Shown here: piece after piece, positions 10,607 to 20,605 of the stretch
Layout: every line of letters begins with the position of its first letter
How positions within the stretch are numbered: position 1 is the first letter of the stretch
NCBI GenBank assembly: GCA_963422645.2
Contig: CAXXVO010000006.1
Location: forward strand, 96,001 to 160,000
Direction of reading: 5' to 3'
Source: Alphaproteobacteria bacterium
GTDB lineage: Bacteria > Pseudomonadota > Alphaproteobacteria > UBA828
DNA: 64,000 nucleotides
Notes under the pieces: generated by a model
Told to the model about the DNA's origin: nothing
The model's input: the letters and a program-made list of their open reading frames with translations, nothing else
Databases searched by the model: none
Program-made: the position numbers and the translations under genes

Positions 10607-10912
10607 CTACAGCCTCTTCTCGAAGTAGAAGCGCATGGTGTCGTCGGTAGTCTCGATCCGGCCCGAGAACGAGGTGAGGTTGACCTCCAGCTCCGCGATC
10701 CGGAACGGCCGGCCGAGCACCCGCGCCACGGTTTTGGCCCGCACCACGCACTCGCCCTCGGTCTCCGCCCTGACGTAGGCGACGCGGTCTTCGACCGTGA
10801 ACTCCTTGCCTGGATTGTCTTCCTGCAGGGCCTCGACCACGGCGTCGGCGACCTCGCCCGCGCGCAGCACCGGCCCCACCGAATTCTTGCGGGCTACGTC
10901 GTCACCGCTCAT
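10607..10912 (-). CDS. tmoD: Diiron monooxygenase effector/coupling protein (TmoD-like)
   Basis: NSVGPVLRAG...LEVNLTSFSGRI (MmoB/DmpM family); gene order. Confidence 0.85.
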   Translation of the reverse strand: MSGDDVARKNSVGPVLRAGEVADAVVEALQEDNPGKEFTVEDRVAYVRAETEGECVVRAKTVARVLGRPFRIAELEVNLTSFSGRIETTDDTMRFYFEKRL

Positions 10913-10939
10913 CGCCGCTCCTTCCCCTTACCCGCGCCG

Positions 10940-11275
10940 TCAGGGCTTGGCATGTTTGGGCTCGATGCCTTCGACGTCCACCAGGACGTCCTCGCCCTCG
11001 ATCTTGACCGGGTATTGGGCGATCTCGGCGTGCCCGGGGTTCACCCCCTTGCCCGCCACCACGTCGAACTCCCAGAGGTGCATCATGCAGGTCAGCACCC
11101 GGCCTTCGAGATCGCCGTCCACGAGATCGACCTCCTGATGCGGGCACTGCGCCTGGATCGCGTGAATGCCTTCGCCTTCGACATGGACGAGCAGCACCTC
11201 GGTGCCGCCCACGTCGAAGGTCTCCATGTCGCCTTCCCAGATGTCGTCCAGCGTGCAGGCCTTCTTGAACGCCAT
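10940..11275 (-). CDS. tmoC: Rieske ferredoxin (TmoC-like)
   Basis: CPHQ...CMMHLWEF Rieske motif. Confidence 0.88.
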   Translation of the reverse strand: MAFKKACTLDDIWEGDMETFDVGGTEVLLVHVEGEGIHAIQAQCPHQEVDLVDGDLEGRVLTCMMHLWEFDVVAGKGVNPGHAEIAQYPVKIEGEDVLVDVEGIEPKHAKP

Positions 11276-11310
11276 GCGTCGGTCACTCCATCCCCGGTGC
11301 GCGCAGGCGC

Positions 11311-11580
11311 CTAGGGCTCTTCAAAGTAGATGTCGATGCAGTCGTAGAAGCGGATGCCCGCCTTCTCGACGGTGAGATCGCGCGGCCAGGCCGGCGCGGA
11401 GTCGTCCTCGGTGGTGGGCCGTACGCGAAGGGTCCGGCCGGGCTTGTCCGCCACGTGCAGGTCGATCGAGTGGAAGGCGCAGGTCGCCGCCACCTCGTCC
11501 ATGGTCTGGCCAGGCTGGATTTCCACGGTCTTGATGTGCGCATCCTGCTGGAAGCGCGAGAGGATCGGGAACGCGCTCAT
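11311..11580 (-). CDS. tmoB: Monooxygenase hydroxylase gamma subunit (TmoB-like)
   Basis: MSAFPI..., TMDEVA...AFHS; size and position between alpha subunit and ferredoxin. Confidence 0.8.
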   Translation of the reverse strand: MSAFPILSRFQQDAHIKTVEIQPGQTMDEVAATCAFHSIDLHVADKPGRTLRVRPTTEDDSAPAWPRDLTVEKAGIRFYDCIDIYFEEP

Positions 11581-11613
11581 GCCGCTCTAATTAACGCTAC
11601 AGATGCCGCTTGG

Positions 11614-13104
11614 CTATTCCGCAGCCTGGGCCCGAAAACCCTCGACCCAGCCGTAGTCGTGGCCGTCGCGGCCGCCCTCGCTGATGACGCCGATGCCCAT
11701 GTATTTAAGCACGTTCTCCAGCGTCGGCGGATCGATCTCGCCGGAATACATGCGGTCCACGATGGACTCGTGATCCTTGTAGCGCTCCGGGTCGGTATCG
11801 AAAATCCAGCGGCACACCTCGGTGCAGAAGTTGTAGCGCCGCTCGCCGTACTCGCGCTGATAGGCGCGGGCGCCCCACTCCGGGCCTGGCCGGTGCGAGA
11901 TCGGGATCTGGCACATGTTGCAGATGATCGGGATGCACTGGGGATGGGTCTTCTCCTCGTGCCCCTGGAGCAGGTTGTCGGTGATCACGTCCCAATAGCT
12001 GCCGTAGCTCTTGTTCCAGCCGGGGTATTTCTCCTCCAGCCACGCGCGCTCCTTGGGCCCCACCGCACCCGGCGGGTTCCACCAGACCGTCGGCCGCCAC
12101 GACCAGATGCCGCCCTGCTGGCAGTGGTGGTGGTTGTCGATGTCCAGGAGGAAGACGTCCCAGTACCACGGCCGCTCCAGGCCGAGGTCCTGCACCTGCC
12201 GCTCCCACTGGTTGATCACCCACTCGTGCATGAACTCCTTGAAGGACATGTGCCGCTGCTCGAGCGGGATGTAGTAGTCCATCGGGATGCCGACAGTGAT
12301 CGAGAAGAGCCGCCAGACCCGCCAGAGCGCGATGTCCATCGCCTGCTGCGCTTCCTTCTTGCGGCCGTTGCGGATCATTATCTCGATGGTGGGCGTGCCG
12401 AGCTGGGCGTGACGGGCCTCGTCCGACTGGATGCTGGTAATCAGATTGGCGAAGGTGTGATCGCCCATGTTGGCGGCGTCGGTGGAGAGGCCGATCATCT
12501 GCAGGTTGGTGAGCGCGGTCTCGAACGCGAAGGAGACCATCACCGAGGACGTGACGGCGTCCCGCGTCATCATGATGTCGTCAAACGCATGGCGGCCGCC
12601 GAGCACCGCCCAGTTCTTGGAATGCTGGGCTTCGTGAGCCCAGTCGTACTGGCGGTCCAGGTGCACCAGCTCATGCGGGAAGAAGAGCTGCAGCTGGGTG
12701 TGCCGCAGCTCGTCGAGCATGCCGTAGACTGACATGTTGCGCATCGCCGGAGACGGGCCGAAGCGCGACATCCGCGCCTGGAACTGGCAGGCCTGATACT
12801 CGGTGAGCGCCACCGCGCCATAGTGCAGCTTGAGCACGCTCGCCCAGCCCTCGTCGGCCTGGTCGTAGAACTTCGAGCGCGCCAGCGCCGCCTTCACCGA
12901 GTAGGCGGCCGAATCCTTCTCGCGCTGAATGTTCACGTATTCGCGGTAGGAGACCTTGTAGGGCTCGTCGAAGGTCTCCCACTCCTCGGTGGGGATGCCG
13001 TAGGGATCGCCCATCTCGGGCGGAAAAAGCTCCTCCTGCGAGACGTAGGAGGGCGTCCAGTTGGTATCCCGCGCGATATCGTACCACTCGGAGCGTTCGA
13101 GCAT
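11614..13104 (-). CDS. tmoA: Toluene/aromatic monooxygenase hydroxylase alpha subunit (TmoA-like)
   Basis: Diiron ligand motifs DELRH and DEARH; WLEEKYPGW; C-terminal YHS-like segment; GGAGG 6 nt before the ATG. Confidence 0.9.
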   Translation of the reverse strand: MLERSEWYDIARDTNWTPSYVSQEELFPPEMGDPYGIPTEEWETFDEPYKVSYREYVNIQREKDSAAYSVKAALARSKFYDQADEGWASVLKLHYGAVALTEYQACQFQARMSRFGPSPAMRNMSVYGMLDELRHTQLQLFFPHELVHLDRQYDWAHEAQHSKNWAVLGGRHAFDDIMMTRDAVTSSVMVSFAFETALTNLQMIGLSTDAANMGDHTFANLITSIQSDEARHAQLGTPTIEIMIRNGRKKEAQQAMDIALWRVWRLFSITVGIPMDYYIPLEQRHMSFKEFMHEWVINQWERQVQDLGLERPWYWDVFLLDIDNHHHCQQGGIWSWRPTVWWNPPGAVGPKERAWLEEKYPGWNKSYGSYWDVITDNLLQGHEEKTHPQCIPIICNMCQIPISHRPGPEWGARAYQREYGERRYNFCTEVCRWIFDTDPERYKDHESIVDRMYSGEIDPPTLENVLKYMGIGVISEGGRDGHDYGWVEGFRAQAAE

Positions 13105-13291
13105 CGCCAACCTCCCACACGCCAACGGTCCCGGGGCGCCGCAGCCGAGCGCCGCTGCCGCCGCAACGTCCGTCATTGTCTTGTCATCGCCCAGCCGACG
13201 CAAGCGCGGGCACGGGGGCAGTCCGAGCCAAGGACGCGAGAGCCGGGCTCTTCGCCACAGCCGCGCGCGTGCATGCAATCGAAGCCAGAGG

Positions 13292-14339
13292 TCATTGGCC
13301 GTCCGTGCCGAGATAGATGCCGGAGCCGATGACGCCCCACTGGTCACTGTTGGGCACCGGGAAGCTCACCGCGTAACCGAACTTCGGGGAACCGGTTTCC
13401 TCGTCTCCCTCGATGGCCGGGTTGTCGTAGTGATATCGCAGGAACTTGTGCCCCTCGCGCCGCGCACCTCCGATCAACTCCTCGGCGATCTTCACCCCTT
13501 TGGAGTCCGTCCTCACCATGTCCGTGGGCTTTCCTTCGCGATAGGGCTCCGATCCGTGAAACAGGGTGACGCCCCCGCCACTCACGACCCATAGGTATAT
13601 GGACCCTGATTTCCAGTCCCCTCCTTCCTCCCGGAAGGCGTTTCTGACAGCGGTGAGGCCGCTGTAGCCTTCGGACATAACGGCTTCGCGGTAGGTCTCG
13701 GCTGCTTCCTCGACGAAGGCGATGAGTGTCTCGGGGTCCACGACCTGCGATGCGGTAACGGCGGGCTTCGGCAGATCCACGATCTGGATTGGGACATCCG
13801 AGACGTCCTGCGAATAGCCGCCGACCAGCACGAATTGTCTAGCGGTGATCCCGGAGGTGTACTCGACAGCGTAGGCCGTCTTCGGCCCGCCGTCGTGGTA
13901 TTCGACGAAACCGCCGCCCCCGGCAGCGGCCGCGAAGAGCTCCTCGACGACCCTGGTTCCGCGTTCGTCCTCGACGCCGAGCAGATTCTTGCCCTCCGCC
14001 GTGCGATCGTTCCCGTGGATGAAGGGCTCCCCGCTCTTGAGGAAGATGACGAGGAAGATCGATCCGGACTTCCAGTCGCCCTCCGTTCTCAGCCCCTCCC
14101 TGAGCTTTGCTCCTTCGTTCATGTCCGTGATCGCCTCGATATGCTCCTTTGCACCTTCAACAAAGGACTTCAGGCTTTCAGGGTCCGTCACTTCCCCGGC
14201 AACAGCTTCTCGCGCGAGACGAAGTGCTTGGGCAAGCGCCCCTTGCGGCCGGAGTAGACGTCGTTTGAGCTTGTGAGGCAGAGCTCGCGAAGATGCCCAG
14301 AGCCAGAACCGCAGCCGCGATCCGCGTTCTCGTCATCAT
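13292..14339 (-). pseudogene. Secreted double Cache-domain-like protein frameshifted by a 58-bp insertion
   Basis: Signal peptide MMTRTRIAAAVLALG; two repeats containing DWKSGSI; frame is restored by removing 14202-14259. Confidence 0.7.
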
Positions 14340-14480
14340 GGATTTCTCCCCTTGTCTGCTCAGAAGTGAAGTTCTCGATGTCGCGCTGAGCGAGCGACGC
14401 AACTTACCATGGGAAGCGCTCGCCGTGCCGTTCGCCAATCGGCTGCCCGCGCCGCCGAGCCCTCTCCTGCCGCTGTGCCG

Positions 14481-15467
14481 TCATCGGCGGCGGCGGTGAT
14501 GTCGCCGGCCTCGATCGTGTCGCGGCCTGCTGCCTGCGCCACCATCCAGGCGCGGCCCGGAGTTCGGCGCTTTACGGCGCCAGGGCCCCAGCGCCTTCAG
14601 GGCGCGGTTCGGATAATCCGTCACGATGCCATCGACGCCGAGCCGGGCCAGCGCCTCCATGTCGGGTGCCTCGTTCACCGTCCAGACGATGACCTTGAGG
14701 CCGAGCGTCCGGGCTTCGGCGAGCGACTCTGCCCTCAGGTCGGCGTGGAAGGGCATCCATAGCGGGGTCCCGAATCGATGGACCAGCCTCGGCACCGAGC
14801 CGCCTTCCGCGTCGACACTCAGGCCCGCGGTCCAGGGCGAGGGCTCGGCCCGGCCGCGCAGTAGGGTGTCGCGCCAGCCTCGTTCGGAGGTCAGGCAGGC
14901 GATGGAGATTTCCGGCGCAATCGCGCGCAACTCCCGAAGCACGCGCCAGTCGAAGGACTGGACGGTCGCCCGGCCGCTCATCCCTTCCGCCCGCAGCACC
15001 GCTACAACCGCCAGCGCGAGCGCCTCGGGCTCCGCCGATTCGTGCGCTTCGAGCGGTGACGACTTGATTTCGACATTGAAGCGGACCGCGCCGGCTGCCG
15101 GCCGCCGCCCCAGCGCCAGAACGTCCGCCAGGGTAGGGATCCGAGCGCCGTCGCGCGGCTCCTGGTGCGGAAAGCGCATGGCTGTCCGGCTACCCGGCCT
15201 GGCTCTGCCGACATCGAGGCCCGGCAGTTCCGCCAAGTCCAGGTCCTTGAGCAAGGGCCCCGGTCCTTCGAGCCACACCCCGCTGGCGCCGCGCGTATGG
15301 TCCGGGTTGAGCGCCGTGTCGTGATGGACCACGGGAACGCCGTCCCGGGTCATGCCGATGTCCAGCTCCAGCGCATCGACGCCGAGAGCGATTGCGCGCT
15401 CGAACCCGGGCAGCGTGTTTTCCGGCAGCAAACCGCGCGCGCCGCGATGGCCATGTATCTCCAACAT
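14481..15467 (-). CDS. Glycerophosphodiester phosphodiesterase
   Basis: HGHRGARGLLPENT, ELD, HHD, NVEIK, WTVN, IVTDYP motifs. Confidence 0.9.
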   Translation of the reverse strand: MLEIHGHRGARGLLPENTLPGFERAIALGVDALELDIGMTRDGVPVVHHDTALNPDHTRGASGVWLEGPGPLLKDLDLAELPGLDVGRARPGSRTAMRFPHQEPRDGARIPTLADVLALGRRPAAGAVRFNVEIKSSPLEAHESAEPEALALAVVAVLRAEGMSGRATVQSFDWRVLRELRAIAPEISIACLTSERGWRDTLLRGRAEPSPWTAGLSVDAEGGSVPRLVHRFGTPLWMPFHADLRAESLAEARTLGLKVIVWTVNEAPDMEALARLGVDGIVTDYPNRALKALGPWRRKAPNSGPRLDGGAGSRPRHDRGRRHHRRRR

Positions 15468-15773
15468 CCGTGCGCTTCCCGTAGTGCGGTCTATTTGCGC
15501 CTCCTGGTCATGGGGCTCGTCCTCCTTCTCGTCATGCGTGTCAGCCCGCACGCCATCATAGCGGAACGGCGCGGGCGCCGAGGCGGCCCCCGCCAACGGC
15601 CCCGGACGCGCAACAAATTTTGTAACTACCCAGGTACCCCGCCGCCAGTTCTGAGTGCGTGCTGATGTTGCTTGCCGTCGGTGCCGTTTCGCCGTCGGCG
15701 CGTCGTTGATCCCCGCTTGACTGTATAGGTTCTCTCGCCTATGGGTTGCACTCTCGCATGAGAGGAGCAGCCG

Positions 15774-16442
15774 GTGGGGTATTTCGGGTCGAAGGCGACG
15801 ACCGGTCTGAGCCAGGCGCTGATTGCGCTGATGCCGCGGCACTCTGTCTATATCGAGAGCCATCTTGGGGGCGGGGCGCTGATGAAGCGCAAGCCTGCGG
15901 CCATGCGCTCGATCGGGATCGACCGCGACGAGCGGGCGCTTGAGGCCTTTGGCTGCGACTACCCGGTGGAGTTGGTGCACGGCTGCGCCCATTCCTTCCT
16001 GGCCTCGTTCCCGTTTCTGGGCCCGGAGCTGGTCTACAGCGATCCGCCCTATCTGCACGCGACCCGGCGTTCGTCGCAGCGCTACCGCTTCGAGTACGAG
16101 GAGGCCGACCACGTCGCGCTCCTCGAACTGCTCAAGGGTCTGCCCTGCCAGGTGATGGTCTCGGGCCACCCGTCTGCGCTCTATGACGAGCTGCTGGCGG
16201 GCTGGCGCCGGCTGGCGCTGCAGGTGACGACCCAGGCCCAGGTGCGGACCGAGGTCGTGTGGTTCAACTTCGCGCCTGACCGGGTGCACTGGGCGAGCTT
16301 CGCCGGCCGGAACTTCACCGAGCGCCAGTGCATCAAGCGCAAGGCGGCCAACTGGGGCCGGCGCTACGAGGCCATGCCGGCGGGCGAACGCCTGGCGGTG
16401 CTGGCCGCGATCATGGCCGTCGAGGCCGACGAGGGTTCGTGA
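15774..16442 (+). CDS. Compact Dam-like (D12 class) DNA adenine methyltransferase
   Basis: YFGSK, YIESHLGGG (motif I) and DPPY (motif IV); AGGAG RBS. Confidence 0.85.
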   Translation: MGYFGSKATTGLSQALIALMPRHSVYIESHLGGGALMKRKPAAMRSIGIDRDERALEAFGCDYPVELVHGCAHSFLASFPFLGPELVYSDPPYLHATRRSSQRYRFEYEEADHVALLELLKGLPCQVMVSGHPSALYDELLAGWRRLALQVTTQAQVRTEVVWFNFAPDRVHWASFAGRNFTERQCIKRKAANWGRRYEAMPAGERLAVLAAIMAVEADEGS

Positions 16443-17980
16443 CAGTGTCGCGCTGGCACGAGGACCTCGCTGCCCACGACGAGGCCTTCGCGTGCCTGCA
16501 GGACCTTTTCACCCCACAATCCTTCGCAATGACCGCCGTCAAGGCCATTCGGGAATGGGGCCAGGGGTTGCTGCGCCTGAGCGCGGCCCTGGTCAAGGAG
16601 AACGACGCGCTGGAGCGGGAGAACGCCCGCTTGCGCGAGCGGATCGCCGAACTCGAGCGCAGCGCCGCGCTCGACAGCACCACCAGCTCCAAGCCGCCGG
16701 CCAGCGACGGTCTGAAGAAGAAGAGCGGTGACCGGGAGAAGCGCACCCGGAGCCAGCGCGGCAAGTCCGACAGGCCCAGTGGCGGCCAGCCGGGCCACAA
16801 GGGAACTACCCTGGAGCGGACCGCGACGCCCGACCATGTCGTCGATCATGATCCGTCCGCCTGTGAGGGCTGCGGCGCGCCGCTGTCGGACGCTGACCGT
16901 CACGGAGCCCCCGTCTGCCGGCAGGTCTTCGATGTGCCCGAGCCGCAGCCCCTCGAGGTCACCGAACATCGCGGCCATCGTTGCCTCTGCGCTGCCTGCG
17001 GCACCGTGACGACAGCCGTCTTCCCGAACGGCGTGAGCGCACCGGTCCAATACGGGCCGCGCATCACCGCGTGGGTGACCTACCTGCTGCACGCTCAGTT
17101 CATTCCCGAGAAGCGGGTCGCCGAGGTCATGAGCGACCGCTTCGCGGTCAAGCTCTCAACAGCCACCATCGTCGCCATGGGAAGGCGCACCGCCCGGCGC
17201 TTCGAGGGCTTCCTCGATCGCCTCGCGGAGATCATCCGCACCGCAGCCCCAGTCAAACACCTCGACGAGACCGGCATCCGCATCGCCGCCCGGACCCATT
17301 GGCTCCATGTGCTGTGCACCCCGTTGCTCACCATCCTGCGCGTCGCCACCGGGCGCAGCCACATCGACGAGAAGCTCAACGGCATCGTCATCCATGACGA
17401 CTACGCCACCTACTTCGCTCTCGAGGGCGTGCGCCACGGGGCCTGCAACGCCCATCACCTGCGCGAGCTCCAAGCCCTCATCGAGATCGAGAAGGAAGAC
17501 TGGGCAACGAGCACGCACCGGCTCCTCATCCGTGCCAACAGAGCCGCCCGCTTCGCCCACAAGAACGACCGCGACGTGCCCGCCTCACTGGTGGCCCGCA
17601 TCTCGCGAGCCTGGGACCGCATCCTCGAACGTGCCATCGCCTCTCACGAAGAAATGCCACCGCTCCAGACCGGAAAGCGCGGACGACAAAAGCGCCGCAT
17701 CGGTCACAACCTCGCCCTCCGACTCCAGAAGTACAAGGAGGGGTGCCTGCGCTTCCTCACCGATCCGCGAACCCCCTTCTCCAACAACGAGGCCGAGCGC
17801 GACCTCCGAATGGGCAAGCTGCGCCAGAAAATCTCAGGCGGCTTCCGCTCGATACAAGGCGCCCGCGACTTCGCAAACCTGCGATCCGTCATCGCCACCG
17901 CTCGAAAACAGCGCTGGAATGTCCTCGAAACCCTGGCGCACCCCGATCCAATCCAGCTGATCCCCGTATTGCGCTTCTGA
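16439..17980 (+). CDS. IS66 transposase (single-ORF type)
   Basis: Coiled coil, SSKPPASD, Zn finger, HLDETG, CNAHHLREL, NNEAERDLR; GTG start overlaps the MTase TGA (alternative ATG at 16529). Confidence 0.9.
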   Translation: MTVSRWHEDLAAHDEAFACLQDLFTPQSFAMTAVKAIREWGQGLLRLSAALVKENDALERENARLRERIAELERSAALDSTTSSKPPASDGLKKKSGDREKRTRSQRGKSDRPSGGQPGHKGTTLERTATPDHVVDHDPSACEGCGAPLSDADRHGAPVCRQVFDVPEPQPLEVTEHRGHRCLCAACGTVTTAVFPNGVSAPVQYGPRITAWVTYLLHAQFIPEKRVAEVMSDRFAVKLSTATIVAMGRRTARRFEGFLDRLAEIIRTAAPVKHLDETGIRIAARTHWLHVLCTPLLTILRVATGRSHIDEKLNGIVIHDDYATYFALEGVRHGACNAHHLRELQALIEIEKEDWATSTHRLLIRANRAARFAHKNDRDVPASLVARISRAWDRILERAIASHEEMPPLQTGKRGRQKRRIGHNLALRLQKYKEGCLRFLTDPRTPFSNNEAERDLRMGKLRQKISGGFRSIQGARDFANLRSVIATARKQRWNVLETLAHPDPIQLIPVLRF

Positions 17981-18082
17981 AATCCTGCGCTGCTCCGGGA
18001 AAGCGCCGCCTGACCCCTGGCTGGTCAGAACCATCAATCCATCACGTCCGAGTGCTCGGCAGAATCAGACCTGGGCAGTTAC

Positions 18083-18160
18083 CAAATTTTGTCCAGGATT
18101 CGCCGGGACAAGTGGGATGTAAGTGGGATAAGTGGGACAAGTGGGATAAGTGGGACAGGC
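18083..18160. repeat. AAGTGGGAY 9-mer array (5 copies)
   Basis: Copies start at 18110, 18121, 18130, 18139 and 18148. Confidence 0.8.
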
Positions 18161-18310
18161 GGGATGCTGCGAGACGAGCGGTGGCCGGTGCGAGCGGCAC
18201 CCCCTCGGCCGGGAGGCACCCTCTTGCCGCAACTGTCGCGCTCTGTCCGCCCTCGATCCACATGGCGCGACCATGACGCGCACGCCACGCGCCGTGCACC
18301 GCACTATGTT

Positions 18311-20468
18311 CAGACTTCCTGACCTCGTGATGCTGGCTGTTCTGGGCAGCGTGCCGGGAACTCCTTGAATTCTGATACATTTCGGTTGTTTCAGGCGGTT
18401 TTTCGCTGGGTGTCGCGCCCGAGGTCTGATATTATAATTTGATACCAATTGCACGGTCTCAACCATGCCCAGTACCCTCCCAATGTGCCCTCCAGAGGCG
18501 GTCTCGATCGGCAACAGCTGCTTCGCCGTCCTGATCTCGGACGACACCTTCACCTACTTTTCCAACCTCATTCCCTTTGACAGCCACGCCGCCGATGACC
18601 GCACGGCCATGCTCTTGCGGATCGGCCGCCTCGCGGCGATCAGCGCGGTCTCGCCGCAGGAACTGGCTGACGCTTTCGCTGTCTCGCGCGCGACGGTGCA
18701 GCGCGCACGACGGCGCTACCTGGCCGAGGGCGAAGCGGGGTTCATGAAGCCCCGGCGCGGTCGCGGGCCGTCGGTGTTCACTCCGGAGTTGGCGGAGAAG
18801 GCGACGGCGTTGCTGGCATCGGGCCTGAGCGGCTCTGCGGCGGCCCGGGTTCTCGGCGTGTCAGCGCCATCGGTCAACAAGTGGCGCCGTCAGGGACTGA
18901 TCGGCAACACGGAGGCGGATGGGGAGCCCGGACGCTCAGCGCTGGCTGCGCCGCCTGACGCGGGTGCGGCTCCTGAAGGCCGTGTCGATGAAGAGAGTAC
19001 CGGTGCCCCGGGGCCGGAGACGGCGCCGGGGCTGGAAGCGCAGCCGCAAACGGATCGCAGCGCGCGCGATCGGCGGGACCGGCAGGCGCCGATGGGGCGT
19101 GCGACTTGCGATGTTCCGGCTCGGGTTCTGGCCAGTTGTGGACAGGCGGGGCCGGTCGAACCGCAGTTCGCCGCCGCCGCCCGCGGTGTCCGCTTCGGCG
19201 GCGTGCTCGCCGCCCTGCCGGCCCTGCTGAAGGAAGGTCTTCTCTCCGAGACCGGTCTCCTGCCATTGCTGCCGAAGGGCTATTACGGCTTGCCTACGAT
19301 CCTGCTCTTCCTGGCCTTCATGACCTTGGCGCGGGTGCGCAACCCCGAGAGCCTGCGCTACCAGGCGCCGGGCGAATGGGGCGCCATTCTCGGCCTCGAT
19401 CGCTGCCCCGAGGTCAAGACGCTGCGCCGCAAGATCGCTCTCATCGCCGACGACGAGGCCGGCGTGCGGGCGTGGCAGCTCGCCCTTGCCAGGCGCTGGC
19501 AAGGCCGACGAGCCGGAGCTCTGGGCGACGCTGGCCATCGACGGGCACGTCAAGGTCTACTCCGGCCGCAAGGGGCGCTTGCCCAAGCACTTCGTCTCGC
19601 GCGAGAAGCTGTGCCTGCCGGCGAGCGCCAGCTACTGGATCAACGCTCTGGGCGGCAAGCCGCTGCTCTGTCTGCACAAGCCGCTGGACCCGAAGATGGT
19701 CGCGGCCATCGAAGCCGACGTGGTGCCGGCGCTGCAGGAGCTTGGGATCGTTGGCGCCGGGGCGCCGGACCTGACCGCCGAGCATCCCGGCCAGCCGGCG
19801 CTCACCCTGGTCTTCAATCTCGACGCCCTGCCGACCCACGAGCTCGAGCCTCTCGATCCCGCCGCCATGGTCGTCAACCCGCTGCGGCGGGCCTATGACA
19901 AGGCAATCCATCGCCTCGACCGCCAGCTTGGCCGCCTGCGCAACCGCATCGCCGACACGGCCCGGAAGAAGCAGCCGACGGCGGAACTCAGGAGGGAAGT
20001 CAGGGACCTCCAGGATGTCCGCGACATCGTCAGGGCCAGCCGCAGGGAGACGCCCAAGCACTGCCGGGCCGGCGACCTCGACGAAGCCGAGCAGCTCGAT
20101 GCCTTGCCCGCGCGCGAGCGCCTCCTCCTCGACGTCATCCGGATGATCGCCTACCGCGCCGAAACCCGCATGATGCTTCCCGTCATGCAGGCGCAGGGCC
20201 ACAAGCCCCATCCCCGGAAACTGCTTCAAGCGCTGCTCACCGCCGATGCCGACATCCTGCCGGATCCTGGCAATGGCCTCCTGCGGGTCCACATTCTTGG
20301 CCTCGCAAACGACGCCTGCGACCGTTGGATCGATGCGGTTCTGAGCGACCTGAACGCCACCGAAACGGTCTTCCCCGGCACCCGTCTGCGCATAGTCTAC
20401 GACATCGACGGGGCCTCGGAATCCGCGCGGCTCGTGTCACCTAAAATCAGCAGAGGTCAGGAAGTCTG
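18311..20468 (+). mobile_element. Unclassified IS (ISNCY-like) copy 2, both ends present
   Basis: IRL CAGACTTCCTGACCTC and IRR GAGGTCAGGAAGTCTG; no TSD evident. Confidence 0.82.
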
Positions 20469-20469
20469 A
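18465..20469 (+). pseudogene. Inactivated transposase
   Basis: +1 A near 19501, plus a 354-bp deletion (copy-1 positions 1861-2214) at a TTC microhomology. Confidence 0.85.
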
Positions 20470-20605
20470 GACTGTGACAGCTCATTCTATCCCCCTCATC
20501 CACCATTGATCGAAACGCCTTCTATCGCTATTGGATAGCCTCGATTTGGGAGAGGACCCTGTGCGGCGCCGGGGCGCGGTTGCGCGGGGCAAGGGAGTCT
20601 GCGCA

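Larger units (their letters stand above)
15622..18082 (+). mobile_element. IS66-family element carrying a DNA methyltransferase passenger gene
   Basis: Ends GTAACTACCCAGG and CCTGGGCAGTTAC; 8-bp TSD CAAATTTT at 15614-15621 and 18083-18090. Confidence 0.9.

Noticed and set aside
11614-13104. Methane, alkene or isoprene monooxygenase assignment
   Set aside because: The sequence (TNWTPSYV, QREKD.AYSVKAAL) follows the toluene monooxygenase type more closely, as recalled; the substrate cannot be assigned.
18083-18160. AAGTGGGAY repeats as a CRISPR array or a coding 'WDKWDK' peptide
   Set aside because: The units are 9 bp with no unique spacers and no cas genes nearby; the overlapping ORFs are shadows.
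489-20468. Composite transposon bounded by the two ISNCY-like copies
   Set aside because: No shared TSD is visible, copy 1 lacks its left end, and the enclosed genes look chromosomal.
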